Shown here piece after piece: positions 39,563 to 49,753 of a stretch of 64,000 nucleotides of DNA. Origin of the DNA: Bacteroidales bacterium (GTDB lineage Bacteria > Bacteroidota > Bacteroidia > Bacteroidales > P3). Every line of letters begins with the position of its first letter. Position 1 is the first letter of the stretch. The DNA lies in contig JAGCZH010000031.1 in the NCBI GenBank assembly GCA_017960475.1, positions 5,758 to 69,757 of the forward strand, read 5' to 3'. The position numbers were made by a program, and so were the translations under genes. The notes below the pieces were generated by a model. The model was not told the DNA's origin. It was given only the letters and a program-made list of their open reading frames with translations, and searched no databases.

Positions 39563-40669
39563 CTACTTCGCTTTCTGTTTCAAGTATTTTGATGGTGAGA
39601 TTCCGTACTTTTTAACAAAAGAGCGTAGAAATGTGGAGTATGAGTTGAATCCGGACATGGTGGCAATGTCTTCGATTGATTGTCCGTTCTTGTTGTTCCA
39701 ATTGTCAAGTAGATTCTTGGCCTCTTTCAGCCGGAAATCATTGATATACTCATAGAAAGTCCTCTGTTTCTCACGGTTGATGAAATTGCTCAGATATTGA
39801 CGGTTTGTGCCTAAGAGGGTTGACAGTTTCTGTAGGGTCATAGAGGGATCCAGATAGTATTTCTTCTCTTGGATTATTGCATCGATATCGCTGTTGTACA
39901 ACACTTTGTAGTAGGAGTCCTGTGTGTTGTTATCTTGATTATCGTTGGAGGTGTTTTCTTGCTCAGGTATGACGAATACTTTCTGCTGTATTATTTTCTT
40001 GAATATTAACAGAATGTATGCAATGGTTATAAAACACCATAATGTGTCAAATATAAGGTTTTTGTTTATTATGTTGTTGTAAAACCATCTTTCCTGTGAC
40101 AAACTCTCGATTGCCCATATTAACTGAGCGATATATAGTACCACTAAAAGGAATGATACCCAGCGAAGATTGTAATTCTCAATGTCGCCGACATCATTGA
40201 GTAGCATTCTGTCGTATTTTTTGATTGAGATATTTAGCCAAATAAGAAGTACTGTTGATATTGAGATCGTATAAATCTGAACCCCATTATAAACCATGTG
40301 GCTGTGGGTGACCGCATATAATACCAGAGCTATAATATAGGGCACTTCAATAAGGAATAGTTGTGATGGTTTGTATCTGTCAGGGAATACTAAAGTCACG
40401 CAGAATATCATAAAACCGCCAACAATAATATAATCATACAGCAGCAACAATGTGTTCAGGTATTCAACATAATCCACTTTGCTGCATACTTCCATGATCA
40501 GGTTGTTTAAAAAACCTATGGCTAGCATTATCAATACCACAGCGAAGGAGCGTTTATATTGTACCTTGTTGTGGTTGCGGAACAGGAATATGCTTACCAC
40601 AATGAGTAGGCATTGCGTAAATCCTGAGGCGAAACACAATATCAGCGGATATATAAAGTCGGCGTTCAT
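39563..40669 (-). CDS. AraC-family transcriptional regulator with an N-terminal multi-TM domain
   Basis: About 7 hydrophobic helices, then a C-terminal AraC HTH pair (LSTLLGTNRQYLSNFI ... IEDIATMSGFNSYSTFLRSFVKKYGISPSKY). Confidence 0.8.
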   Translation of the reverse strand: MNADFIYPLILCFASGFTQCLLIVVSIFLFRNHNKVQYKRSFAVVLIMLAIGFLNNLIMEVCSKVDYVEYLNTLLLLYDYIIVGGFMIFCVTLVFPDRYKPSQLFLIEVPYIIALVLYAVTHSHMVYNGVQIYTISISTVLLIWLNISIKKYDRMLLNDVGDIENYNLRWVSFLLVVLYIAQLIWAIESLSQERWFYNNIINKNLIFDTLWCFITIAYILLIFKKIIQQKVFVIPEQENTSNDNQDNNTQDSYYKVLYNSDIDAIIQEKKYYLDPSMTLQKLSTLLGTNRQYLSNFINREKQRTFYEYINDFRLKEAKNLLDNWNNKNGQSIEDIATMSGFNSYSTFLRSFVKKYGISPSKYLKQKAK

Positions 40670-40787
40670 TATTTTGCAAAATTACGATTTTTATTTGACA
40701 ATAGACTCGGAACTCTTTTTATCGTTAATTTTTTATCTATTGCCACTCCGTTTTTACAAAATAAAACAATCGTGATTTCTTTTTTTG

Positions 40788-40795
40788 TATTTTTG
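40788..40795 (+). promoter_or_regulatory. TAnnTTTG -7 element (tatttttg) upstream of the WG-repeat gene
   Basis: Consensus match 37 nt before the ATG at 40832. Confidence 0.3.
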
Positions 40796-40831
40796 CACTT
40801 TGAGAGTCTGTTAAATTATTATTATAGAATC

Positions 40832-42010
40832 ATGAAAAAGAACTTTTTCTTCAGCACATTAATGGTTTTTGTGTGCTTATCCGTTTCTGTTTTTCTTGTC
40901 TCTTTCACCTCATTGTCCATAGGAGGAGACGAGCCTCGCTATTATTATGTGTTTGAGTCGAATGGGAAGATGGGTTTCATGGATCAGAATGGTAGGGTGT
41001 TGATACCCGCCAGATATTATTCGCTGGGCAATTTCTCAGAGGGATTGGCGTCGGCAAAATTAGGGGAGAAGTGGGGCTTTATCGATACCAATGGCAAAAC
41101 GGTCGTCAAACCGCAGTTCGATGGTGTGGCTTCCTTTGTTGATGGCGTCGCTATGGTATGGACGGAGGAATGGGGGGAAGACTATGAAATATTCAAATAC
41201 GGATTTGTCGACAAAACCGGAAGGGTCATTTGTAAGCCTCAATATGATCAAGCCTGTGATTTCAGTGAAGGGTTGGCGGCTGTGAATTTGGGCGATTACA
41301 GCGATCCAAAATGGGGCTATATCGATCGCAGCGGGAAGATAGTAATAAGTCCGAAATATACGAGGGCTGGAATATTCAGTGAAGGCCTCGCCTCTGTCGA
41401 GTTGGACGGAAAAATGGGCTATATTGATAAGAATGGCAAGATGGTTTTGGAAGTGCCGTATAGCATAGCAGGCTTTTTTAGTGAAGGCCTTGCTGTGGTG
41501 GGTGTGATCGAGAACAAGGTCAACAAGTTGGGCTATATAAATAAAAGCGGCGAAGTGGTTATTCCACTTCAATATTCGGAGGCATTGCCTTTCAAAGACG
41601 GTGTCGCATCGGTGAAAACAGGTGACAGATTTTCGGGCAAATGGGAATATATCAATCAAAAGGGCAATAAAGTTATGGCTTATCGCTCTCAGTATGAAGC
41701 CTCCATGCCATTTAGTGAAGGATTGATGGCTGTGAAGAAAGGAGGGAAGTGGGGTTTTGTTGACGAAAAAGGCAATGTGGTTATCACTCCTCAATATAAA
41801 GATGTTGGTTCCTTCAAAAATGGTTTGGCATTGGTGAAAGTCGACTACAAATATGGCTATATTGACCGTACTGGTAAGATGGTCATTACCCCTAAATATG
41901 ATGCCGCGGCGGCATTTTGGGGTCCTATTGCATGGGTGCGCATAGGTGAAAGGGTGATGTATATTGACAAAACAGAGAAAGTTATTAAAGAGTGGAGAGA
42001 GGAGCAATAA
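40832..42010 (+). CDS. WG-repeat (KWG) containing protein
   Basis: ATG at 40832 (MKKNFFF) with a signal anchor. About 9 repeats of the pattern GKWG[FY]ID..GK.VI.P.Y....F.EGLA.V. Confidence 0.75.
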   Translation: MKKNFFFSTLMVFVCLSVSVFLVSFTSLSIGGDEPRYYYVFESNGKMGFMDQNGRVLIPARYYSLGNFSEGLASAKLGEKWGFIDTNGKTVVKPQFDGVASFVDGVAMVWTEEWGEDYEIFKYGFVDKTGRVICKPQYDQACDFSEGLAAVNLGDYSDPKWGYIDRSGKIVISPKYTRAGIFSEGLASVELDGKMGYIDKNGKMVLEVPYSIAGFFSEGLAVVGVIENKVNKLGYINKSGEVVIPLQYSEALPFKDGVASVKTGDRFSGKWEYINQKGNKVMAYRSQYEASMPFSEGLMAVKKGGKWGFVDEKGNVVITPQYKDVGSFKNGLALVKVDYKYGYIDRTGKMVITPKYDAAAAFWGPIAWVRIGERVMYIDKTEKVIKEWREEQ

Positions 42011-42029
42011 ATGTTGCCACTAACTTTTT

Positions 42030-42066
42030 AATCCATCTTGGTCATTAGATCGAGATGGATTTTTCT
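42030..42066. terminator. Hairpin plus T-run between the convergent WG-repeat and flavoprotein genes
   Basis: aatccatct (42030-42038) pairs with agatggatt (42053-42061), followed by a T-run. Confidence 0.45.
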
Positions 42067-42069
42067 TTC

Positions 42070-43296
42070 TCAGCAACTGCTGCCGGCGGCATAGCCTGTG
42101 GTGAATGCGATCTGAAGGTTGTAGCCACCGGTGTCGGCGTCTAGGTCAAGGACTTCCCCTGTGATATACAGTCCGTCGACGATTTTTGACTCCATCGTTT
42201 TGGGATTGACTTCCTTCAGGCAAACTCCTCCTTGGGTTACAATCGCCTCCTCGAAACTTCCTGTTCCTGTGAGCTCGAATGAGAAGTCTTTGAGGAAATT
42301 GAGAAGTTTGTGCCGCTCGGCGCTGTTGATTTGGTTGAGGCGTTTGTAGTATTCTATGTGTAGGTGTTGCAGCGCTAGTGGTATTAATTCGGCCGGCAAC
42401 CACAGCCTCAGAGCGTCATGAAAAAGTCTGTTTCCGCTTGAGTTGAGATCGTTGATCAGTCTTTTGTCGAGAGTGTTTTTCTCTACGGCGGGTTTGAAGT
42501 CAATATGAGCTATTACGGATTCTCCTTTGTGCAGCGGCGCTGTCGCTTGCCGGCTTGCGGAAAGTACTATGGGGCCGCCAATGCCGTTGGGGGTGAATGT
42601 CATCTCGCCAAAGTTGTCGCTTATTTTCTTGCCATCAGGACGGGTGAGGGTAAGGCGCACATTTTTCAAAGGGAAATCCACCAATTCCTGTGGTATTTTC
42701 AGTTCGCACTCAAGGTGAACGAGAGCAGGATATCGTGGAGACAGTGAGTGTCCCGCTTGTTCCGCCAGGCGGTATCCGTCGCCAGTTGAACCCGTCAAAG
42801 GATAACTCATTCCGCCGGTGGCCAGAACTATGCTGCTGGCGCGGAGTACGGTGCCGTCGGCGCATCGCACCCCACAAGCGGCACCATCCTCTATGATAAG
42901 TGAGTCTACTCGGCAGTTGCGTCGTATCTCAACGTTTTCCATCTTTTCCAACGCTGTGATAATAGCCAGAAAGATGTCCAGCGATTTGCCGCTTTTTGGA
43001 TATACACGCTCTCCTCGTTCCACGACCAAGGGGACTCCGTTGTCTTCGAAAAACTGCATGAGGTGGGTGTTGAAAAACTGCGAGAAAGAGTTGCGCATGA
43101 AGCGCGGGTCAGAGCCTACATGTGTGAGAAAATCCTTGAGAGAGGAGGTGTTGGTGAGGTTGCAGCGCCCTTTGCCGGTGATGCGTAGCTTCAGTCCGGG
43201 TTGTCCCATTTTCTCGAGCATGATGACTTCGCGACCTCGTTGTGCCGCCGCGTATGCCGCCATCATTCCTGAGGCTCCTCCACCGATGACTATCAC
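42070..43296 (-). CDS. NAD(P)/FAD-dependent oxidoreductase (HI0933/BaiN-like flavoprotein)
   Basis: VIVIGGGASGMMAAYAAAQRG dinucleotide fold and C-terminal GEVLDLDADTGGYNLQIAFTTG. The track ORF extends to 43425 and overlaps the usp gene by 89 nt. A GTG at 43296 gives MIVIGGG and about 408 aa. The start is uncertain. Confidence 0.7.
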   Translation of the reverse strand: MIVIGGGASGMMAAYAAAQRGREVIMLEKMGQPGLKLRITGKGRCNLTNTSSLKDFLTHVGSDPRFMRNSFSQFFNTHLMQFFEDNGVPLVVERGERVYPKSGKSLDIFLAIITALEKMENVEIRRNCRVDSLIIEDGAACGVRCADGTVLRASSIVLATGGMSYPLTGSTGDGYRLAEQAGHSLSPRYPALVHLECELKIPQELVDFPLKNVRLTLTRPDGKKISDNFGEMTFTPNGIGGPIVLSASRQATAPLHKGESVIAHIDFKPAVEKNTLDKRLINDLNSSGNRLFHDALRLWLPAELIPLALQHLHIEYYKRLNQINSAERHKLLNFLKDFSFELTGTGSFEEAIVTQGGVCLKEVNPKTMESKIVDGLYITGEVLDLDADTGGYNLQIAFTTGYAAGSSC

Positions 43297-43336
43297 TCGA
43301 TTGTCGTGGATTCTGGTCGGTTTGCTGTTTTCTGTT

Positions 43337-44170
43337 TTATCGAGCGATGTCTCCAATGTCTTCGGGATGTATGCAAAGTACGGGGATCTGAGAGTTGTGT
43401 ACGATCTGTTGTGCGTTGGTCCCAAGGAAGAGGCGGGCGATCAGGCGGTCTTGCTCGGTGTTGATTACAACAAGGTCGGCGTTGACACTGCTGGCATAGT
43501 CTAACACGGTTTTGGAGTAACTCTCATAGCGGCGTCCGCAACTGTGATAGGGGATGCCTTTGTTGGCAAAGAACTCCTCGACCTGTTTGAGGTATGTGCG
43601 CAGGATTATGGCGTCTTGCGCGGTCTCAAGAAGTCCGAGGATGTGTACCTGAGAGCCAAAAATGCTGGCCATCTGTGCGGCAGGGCCGACTTTTTGACGT
43701 GAGTTGGCGTTGATTCTTATGGGTACAACAATGTTGTCCAACTTCTTGTGGAAGTTAAAGCCTTCGCGGATGGTGAGGGTGGGGCAGGGTGCTTCCTGCA
43801 CAATGCGCACAGCAGTGCTGCCCATCCAGTATTTCTCGAACCCGGAGGCACCGTTTGTGCCAATGACAATCATCGGCGAATCTTCCTTTTTGGCTTCTTC
43901 GGCGATGCAACCTGCGACTTTGCCTATCTTTATGGCCCATTCGATGTTTCCATAAAGCATGTTGGGTTGGTGTTTCTCACATAAGACTTTGAGTTTGTCC
44001 TCTGCGAGATGTGTTGTCATCTCCAGTTGCTCTCCGTTGAGGAGTTTCTTCTCTTTTCTGACCCAGAGAAGTTTGATGCCTGTTTTTAGCTTGTTTGCAA
44101 TGTCTACGGCTATTTCAAGAGCTACGTACGAGCCATTGGAAAAGTCCGTGCCAACTATTACCGATTTCAT
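43337..44170 (-). CDS. Universal stress protein (tandem Usp domains)
   Basis: ATG at 44170 (MKSVIVGTDFS). Two Usp halves, each ending in a G-x2-G-x9-G(S/T)-like motif (IVIGTNGASGFEKYWMGSTA and VVINTEQDRLIARLFLGTNA). Confidence 0.75.
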   Translation of the reverse strand: MKSVIVGTDFSNGSYVALEIAVDIANKLKTGIKLLWVRKEKKLLNGEQLEMTTHLAEDKLKVLCEKHQPNMLYGNIEWAIKIGKVAGCIAEEAKKEDSPMIVIGTNGASGFEKYWMGSTAVRIVQEAPCPTLTIREGFNFHKKLDNIVVPIRINANSRQKVGPAAQMASIFGSQVHILGLLETAQDAIILRTYLKQVEEFFANKGIPYHSCGRRYESYSKTVLDYASSVNADLVVINTEQDRLIARLFLGTNAQQIVHNSQIPVLCIHPEDIGDIAR

Positions 44171-44613
44171 AGTTTCCACTTTTATCTTTGAATTTTCAAC
44201 GTAAAAATCCTTATAATATTGTGTCGACAAATAAAGTTTAATGGCATAGTGTGTGAAGTTGTTTTAAAGGTATGTGTTAATTCCCGAGTAGTCAGTTTGT
44301 TGTGTGTTTTATTTGATTTAGAAGAAATGTTTTTCTATAATCTATAATCGGATGGTGTTTTTTACATTAGACGGATGGCTGTGGGTTCGCTATGAGTCCG
44401 CTAAGGTAAAGGAAAAATTGGATTGTTGGTGATGGGTATGCGGCGATGTATATTGCGGAATAAATAGGAACGTAATCCCGTTTCAAGGGAACCATCTTGA
44501 TTGTGTGCCTTTTTTATCGATTGTGACCATTATTCGTGGAATAATAATATAAAGATAGTGTGTTGTATAGCAACTGGTTTTGATGTGTGTTGACGAATGT
44601 CCAAATTTTTGTG

Positions 44614-44621
44614 TATATTTG
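44614..44621 (+). promoter_or_regulatory. TAnnTTTG -7 element (tatatttg) upstream of ruvB
   Basis: Consensus match 30 nt before the ATG at 44651. A TTG lies about 21 nt upstream (44590). Confidence 0.4.
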
Positions 44622-44650
44622 CATTTTTATTGGAGTAATATTTTTTTTGC

Positions 44651-45679
44651 ATGAACGAAAACTTGGATCCTACGGGCAATAGCCAGAATGCGCGAGAGCG
44701 AGAGGTGGAGCGTGCATTGAGACCGAAAGCGTTCGACAATTTCGCCGGACAGCAGCAGGTTCTCGACAATCTGCGTATATATGTGCAGGCTGCCAAAACG
44801 CGTGGAGAGTCGCTTGACCATGTTTTGCTACATGGCCCTCCTGGTTTGGGAAAGACAACGCTTTCGCATATTATCGCCAACGAGCTTGGCGTCAATATGA
44901 AGATGACGTCGGGCCCTGTTCTTGACAAGCCTGGCGACCTTGCGGGTCTTCTCACGTCGTTGGGTCCTAACGATGTGCTTTTTATCGACGAGATCCACCG
45001 CCTTTCGCCTGTCGTGGAGGAATATCTCTATTCTGCCATGGAGGACTATAAGATTGATATTATGATAGAGTCGGGTCCTGCGGCGCGAAGTGTGCAGCTT
45101 AATCTCAAGCCTTTCACGCTTGTGGGTGCCACCACTCGCTCAGGAATGTTGACGGCTCCTTTGCGTGCCCGATTTGGAATCACATGCCGTCTTCAATACT
45201 ATGATGCGGCAACTCTTACACAGATTGTCAATAGGTCGGCGGCGTTGTTGAACGTTAAAATCACCAGTGAGTCGGCCATGGAGATTGCACGACGCAGTCG
45301 CGGCACACCCCGTATCGCCAACCTGTTGCTGCGCCGGGTGAGAGACTTCGCGCAGGTCAAGGGTGACGGTACTATAACTCTCGATATCGCCCGTTATGCT
45401 TTGCAGGCTCTCAATGTTGACAGAAATGGATTGGACGAGATGGATATCCGTATACTATCTACCATTATAGAGAAATTTAAGGGAGGCCCTGTGGGGTTGA
45501 ACACTGTCGCCACTGCCGTGGGAGAGGATGCCGGTACCATCGAGGAGGTTTACGAACCATACCTCATTCAGGAGGGTTATATTATGCGCACACCTCGTGG
45601 ACGCGAAGTGACACAACTGGCATATCAGCATCTTGGCAAGTTCCGCGCCGGCGGCAGCCAGCAGAGTCTGGAAATTTAG
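44651..45679 (+). CDS. ruvB: Holliday junction branch migration DNA helicase RuvB
   Basis: RP..F..F.GQ start, Walker [10 protein letters not shown], Walker [10 protein letters not shown], sensor TLVGATTR, and a C-terminal winged helix. Confidence 0.95.
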   Translation: MNENLDPTGNSQNAREREVERALRPKAFDNFAGQQQVLDNLRIYVQAAKTRGESLDHVLLHGPPGLGKTTLSHIIANELGVNMKMTSGPVLDKPGDLAGLLTSLGPNDVLFIDEIHRLSPVVEEYLYSAMEDYKIDIMIESGPAARSVQLNLKPFTLVGATTRSGMLTAPLRARFGITCRLQYYDAATLTQIVNRSAALLNVKITSESAMEIARRSRGTPRIANLLLRRVRDFAQVKGDGTITLDIARYALQALNVDRNGLDEMDIRILSTIIEKFKGGPVGLNTVATAVGEDAGTIEEVYEPYLIQEGYIMRTPRGREVTQLAYQHLGKFRAGGSQQSLEI

Positions 45680-45690
45680 TTGATTTAGGG

Positions 45691-45726
45691 CTTATAGGTC
45701 CTATAAGTCATATAAGCCCTATACGT
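45691..45726 (+). repeat. 9-bp-period array (4 units) upstream of the four-helix-bundle gene
   Basis: cttataggt cctataagt catataagc cctatacgt. Confidence 0.75.
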
Positions 45727-45753
45727 CAATCGCACTCAAAATCTATTCACTCT

Positions 45754-46320
45754 ATGCCAACCGACAAGACATTCATCCCTCAGCGCGGTAACTATCGTTC
45801 CCTGATAGTCTACCAGAAGGCGGAGTGTATCTATGATGTCACCTTCTTCTTCGCCCATAAGTTCTTGGAGAAGAGCGACCGCACCATTGATCAGATGGTG
45901 CAGGCGGCAAGGTCGGGGAAGCAGAATATCGCAGAAGGCTGCGCTGCCAGCACCACATCACGCGAGACGGAACTGAAGCTGATGAATGTTGCTAAGGCAA
46001 GTCTGCAGGAACTGCTGATAGACTATGAGGACTACCTGCGTGTTAGAGGGTTGGATCAGTGGGCGTACACCGACCCTCGCTATATTCAGACACGCGAAGT
46101 GGCATCAAGGCATAATGATTCGAGCTATTACCGCAAAGCCATTGAATTTCGTTCTGACGAGACGATAGCCAACATAGCTATTACGCTTATCCATCAGGCG
46201 GATGCCTTGTTCGTCAAACTTATTGAAAGCCTCAAGCGCCAGTTTGTCGAGCAGGGTGGTATACGCGAAGAAATGGCTCGCGCCCGCCGCACCTACCGCA
46301 ACCGGCAGCAAGGCTCATAG
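45754..46320 (+). CDS. Four-helix-bundle protein (family known from 23S rRNA intervening sequences) with a C-terminal extension
   Basis: LIVYQKAECIYDVTFFFAHKF...DQMVQAARSGKQNIAEG matches the four-helix-bundle (TIGR02436-type) pattern. Confidence 0.7.
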   Translation: MPTDKTFIPQRGNYRSLIVYQKAECIYDVTFFFAHKFLEKSDRTIDQMVQAARSGKQNIAEGCAASTTSRETELKLMNVAKASLQELLIDYEDYLRVRGLDQWAYTDPRYIQTREVASRHNDSSYYRKAIEFRSDETIANIAITLIHQADALFVKLIESLKRQFVEQGGIREEMARARRTYRNRQQGS

Positions 46321-46376
46321 GCTTTTTAGGTCCTATAAGACTTATAAGCCCTATAAGCCATATAGGTCATATTACA
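46314..46376 (+). repeat. 9-bp-period array (7 units) downstream of the four-helix-bundle gene
   Basis: ctcataggc tttttaggt cctataaga cttataagc cctataagc catataggt catattaca. Same orientation as the upstream array. The first unit spans the stop codon. Confidence 0.75.
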
Positions 46377-46470
46377 AAATATCTCATTGTTTTTCGCATG
46401 TCTGTTGTATGGATTTTGGGGAATATTTACAATATGGTAAAATAAAAATCACCATATGAGATTTTGTTTG

Positions 46471-46478
46471 TAATTTTG
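46471..46478 (+). promoter_or_regulatory. TAnnTTTG -7 element (taattttg) upstream of hutI
   Basis: Consensus match 25 nt before the ATG at 46503. Confidence 0.35.
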
Positions 46479-46502
46479 CACTCAATTTTAATTGATAAGG
46501 AA

Positions 46503-47738
46503 ATGAGAACAATAATCAAGAATATCAAGGAACTGGTTGGTGTTGAGACGACCACGCAGCGTCGCAAGCAGGGCAAAGAAATGGCGCGTTTGGAGACGAT
46601 AAAAGATGCTTATCTTATTGTCGAGGACGATAAGATTAAATCTTTCGGAACAATGAGAGAGTTGAAAGAGGAGAACGCAGACCTTGTCATTGACGCTACC
46701 GGCAAAATGGTATGTCCGTCGTTTTGCGATTCCCACACCCATCTTGTCTATGCCAATTCACGCGAGTTGGAGTTTGTAGACAAGATCCGTGGTCTCAGCT
46801 ATGAGGAGATAGCCAAGAGGGGAGGCGGCATCCTTAACTCGGCCAAGGCAACGGCGGCTGCAACAGAGGAGGAACTTTACGATATGGCCCAGCAACGCCT
46901 TGAAGAGGCTATGCGCTTGGGCACGGGAGCAATGGAGATCAAGAGCGGCTACGGCTTGACCACCGAAAGCGAACTGAAGCTGCTGCGCGTCATTCGTCGC
47001 CTGAAAGAGAACTCGCCCATGACCATCAAATCCAACTTCCTCGGCGCTCATGGTATTCCGATGGAGTATCGTGGACATCAGGAAGACTATGTCGACTTGG
47101 TCATCAACGAAATGATGCCCAAGGTGGCTGCTGAGGGTTTGGCCGATTTCGTCGATGTGTTCTGTGACAAAGGTTTCTTTACCGTCCACGACACAGAGCG
47201 CATACTGGAGGCCGGTATCAAATACGGAATGAGACCGAAGATTCACGCCAACGAAATGGCTATCTCGGGTGGAGTGCAGGTCGGTGTGAAATATGGCGCA
47301 ATCTCTGTTGACCACCTCGAGCAGATGGGAGATGACGAGATAGAGTGTCTGAAAGGCTCGGAGACAATGCCAACAATCCTTCCTGGTTGCGCATTTTTCC
47401 TCAATCTTCCCCTCTCGCCGGCGCGCAAGATGATTGACGCAGGTTTGTCAGTGGCAATGGCCTCCGACTACAACCCCGGTACTGCGCCGTCATTCAATAT
47501 GCAGCTCATCCTCTCGATGGCATGCATACGCTACCGTCTCACACCGGAAGAGGCTTTGAACGCCACTACAATCAATACCGCCTACGCTATGGGCATTTGC
47601 GACAGGTTGGGTTCCATTGCCGTTGGCAAGGTGGCAAATTTCTATATCACCAAGCCTATACCTTCTTATGAGTATATGCCGTATGCTTATGGCGAAAACA
47701 AAGTGGAACAGACATTCCTAAATGGTAAAAGGGTATGA
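46503..47738 (+). CDS. hutI: Imidazolonepropionase
   Basis: Amidohydrolase metal motif [23 protein letters not shown] and [11 protein letters not shown] at 46503 (MRTIIKNI). Confidence 0.85.
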   Translation: MRTIIKNIKELVGVETTTQRRKQGKEMARLETIKDAYLIVEDDKIKSFGTMRELKEENADLVIDATGKMVCPSFCDSHTHLVYANSRELEFVDKIRGLSYEEIAKRGGGILNSAKATAAATEEELYDMAQQRLEEAMRLGTGAMEIKSGYGLTTESELKLLRVIRRLKENSPMTIKSNFLGAHGIPMEYRGHQEDYVDLVINEMMPKVAAEGLADFVDVFCDKGFFTVHDTERILEAGIKYGMRPKIHANEMAISGGVQVGVKYGAISVDHLEQMGDDEIECLKGSETMPTILPGCAFFLNLPLSPARKMIDAGLSVAMASDYNPGTAPSFNMQLILSMACIRYRLTPEEALNATTINTAYAMGICDRLGSIAVGKVANFYITKPIPSYEYMPYAYGENKVEQTFLNGKRV

Positions 47739-48391
47739 TTAAGGTAGATCATCTTTGCAAGTCGTACGGTCCGTTGCATGTGCTAAAGGATGTGTCGCTG
47801 TCGATAGAGCGAGGCGAGTTGGTCTCTATTGTGGGGGCGTCGGGTGCCGGAAAATCCACCCTCCTTCAAATCATAGGGACCTTGGATGCTCCTGACAGCG
47901 GCAGCGTCACTATCGATGGCGTTGAAGTGACTCGTATGGGAGAACGGGAGTTGGCAAGTTTCCGTAATAGAAAAATAGGTTTCGTTTTCCAGTCGCATAA
48001 TCTGCTCCCCGAATTCACGGCTTTGGAAAACGTCTGTATGCCGGCTCTTATCGGCGGCTCATCGATGAGCGACGCTCGCAAGTTGGCGATGCCGTTACTT
48101 GATTTTCTCAATATTGCCGACCGAGCGAGCCACAAGCCTTCGGAGCTTTCTGGCGGCGAGCAGCAAAGGGTTGCTGTGGCGCGCGCTCTTATCAACAATC
48201 CAGCTGTTGTCCTCGCCGACGAGCCTTCGGGCAATCTTGACTCTGTCCATGCCCGAGAGCTTCACCAGCTTTTCTTTAATCTTAGAGAACGGTATCAGCA
48301 AACATTTGTCATCGTGACGCATAATCAGGAACTCGCCAATATGTCCGACCGCCAAATATCAATCAAAGATGGTGGAGTCAATGTCAGGTAA
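47735..48391 (+). CDS. ABC transporter ATP-binding protein (LolD/MacB-type)
   Basis: Walker [10 protein letters not shown], signature [15 protein letters not shown], Walker [16 protein letters not shown] overlap with hutI. Confidence 0.8.
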   Translation: MIKVDHLCKSYGPLHVLKDVSLSIERGELVSIVGASGAGKSTLLQIIGTLDAPDSGSVTIDGVEVTRMGERELASFRNRKIGFVFQSHNLLPEFTALENVCMPALIGGSSMSDARKLAMPLLDFLNIADRASHKPSELSGGEQQRVAVARALINNPAVVLADEPSGNLDSVHARELHQLFFNLRERYQQTFVIVTHNQELANMSDRQISIKDGGVNVR

Positions 48392-48445
48392 GATTGTGAG
48401 AAATGGGTGCTGCTTTTTGATTTTACAATAATATAGTTTTGTCAA

Positions 48446-49288
48446 ATGATAATTAATAAAAACTCGGGTCCTCAGTATCGCCATCAAGGCAATAAAGTGG
48501 AAAAAAATAAAGAGGGTGAAAACCAATCGTTTCACGTGAAACATAAAGAGAAAAACTCGGTCCAGATAGTTGCTGGAATGCGTCCTGTGATGGAGGCGTT
48601 GAATTCTGGTAAACAGATAGATAAGATTTTTATTCAGTCCAATCTGGAGGGTCAATTGGCACAGGAATTGAAGCAAAAAATCAAAGAGCTTTCATTACCA
48701 GTGCAGTATGTTCCTGTTGAAAAACTGAACCGCATGAGCGACAGCAACCATCAGGGCATAATCGCTACGATTTCCCCTATTTCTTACTATGCTTTCGCTG
48801 ATTTGTTGCAGAAGGTCGTCGACGAGGGCCGTTCTCCTTTCTTTGTCATGCTTGATCATGTCACAGATGTGCGTAATCTAGGTGCGATTGTGCGTACTGC
48901 TGAATGTGCAGGTGTTGATGCAATCGTTGTACCTGACCGAGGAAGTGCGCAGGTTAATGAGGATGCCATAAAGAGCTCTTCGGGAGCTCTTTTGAGGTTG
49001 CCCATGTGCAGGGAGTCGAACTTGAAGACAGTCGTGAACTTGGCGCGTCAGTATGGCATGCAGATATGTGCCGCTACCGAGAAGGGCTCTGTGTCGTATC
49101 TTTCGGTCGATTTCAGAAAACCCACATTGCTTATCATGGGAGCCGAGGATACTGGTATTTCAAACGAATTGCTGAAAATATCTGATGTAAGGGCGTCTTT
49201 GCCTATAGTCGGCGAGGTTCAATCCCTTAATGTCTCTGTCGCTGCAGGTGTTTTTGTGTATGAGATGCTCCGCCAGCGTTCTCTCTAA
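48446..49288 (+). CDS. rlmB: TrmH-family 23S rRNA 2'-O-methyltransferase (RlmB-like)
   Basis: SpoU substrate-binding region (GMRPVMEALNSGKQIDKIF) and SpoU methylase motifs (LDHVTDVRNLGAIVRTAE, LIMGAEDTGIS, IPIVGEVQSLNVSVAAG). Confidence 0.7.
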   Translation: MIINKNSGPQYRHQGNKVEKNKEGENQSFHVKHKEKNSVQIVAGMRPVMEALNSGKQIDKIFIQSNLEGQLAQELKQKIKELSLPVQYVPVEKLNRMSDSNHQGIIATISPISYYAFADLLQKVVDEGRSPFFVMLDHVTDVRNLGAIVRTAECAGVDAIVVPDRGSAQVNEDAIKSSSGALLRLPMCRESNLKTVVNLARQYGMQICAATEKGSVSYLSVDFRKPTLLIMGAEDTGISNELLKISDVRASLPIVGEVQSLNVSVAAGVFVYEMLRQRSL

Positions 49289-49350
49289 GTGATTTTACTG
49301 AATAAATGTTGCTTTAGGGCTGCACTCTATATTTTTTTAATGAAGTAGAA

Positions 49351-49377
49351 AGTATCTCGATCGAGATACTTTTTTTT
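49351..49377 (+). terminator. Rho-independent terminator after rlmB
   Basis: Palindrome agtatctcgatcgagatact (49351-49370) followed by a run of 7 T. Confidence 0.7.
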
Positions 49378-49657
49378 ATCTCACTTTGATGGTCAGTGTG
49401 TATCTATATAGAAAGCAAGAGTCAAATTTATTTCGTTTTTTCACATGTCACAATTTTATGATTTTTTAACAATACTGTTTCGTCTTTTGATTCTTTTTGG
49501 GGGCACTTATCATCAAGAAACAGAAGATGCTGCTATTTTTATTGATGAGGAAAGATTTGATTTATACAAAAGATTGAGATACAATGATATAAACGTTGCA
49601 TAATATATTAATAATTATAAAAATTGAAAAAAAATATAGTCATTTGACTTTTTTGTG

Positions 49658-49665
49658 TAAATTTG
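49658..49665 (+). promoter_or_regulatory. TAnnTTTG -7 element (taaatttg) upstream of the giant gene
   Basis: Consensus match 89 nt before the ATG at 49754, in a 465-nt AT-rich intergenic region. Confidence 0.35.
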
Positions 49666-49753
49666 TAAGTTATTTTAAACTATCGAAAAACTGAAATAGT
49701 TTTCGATGGTGTAATGTAATATATTGTAATAGAGAAAAATAAAAATATATAAT

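Noticed and set aside
44171-44650. 480-nt non-coding gap between the divergent usp and ruvB genes, inspected for a tRNA, riboswitch or small RNA
   Set aside because: I could find no cloverleaf-compatible stems and no convincing conserved hairpins by eye. It most simply holds two divergent promoters. A covariance-model scan would be needed to say more.
49445-49603. 52-codon ORF (MSQFYDFLTILFRLLILFGGTYHQETEDAAIFIDEERFDLYKRLRYNDINVA) in the leader region of the giant gene
   Set aside because: It is below the track threshold, lies in very AT-rich sequence where short ORFs arise by chance, and has no recognisable motif or clear ribosome-binding context. It might be a small membrane peptide, but I cannot support that.
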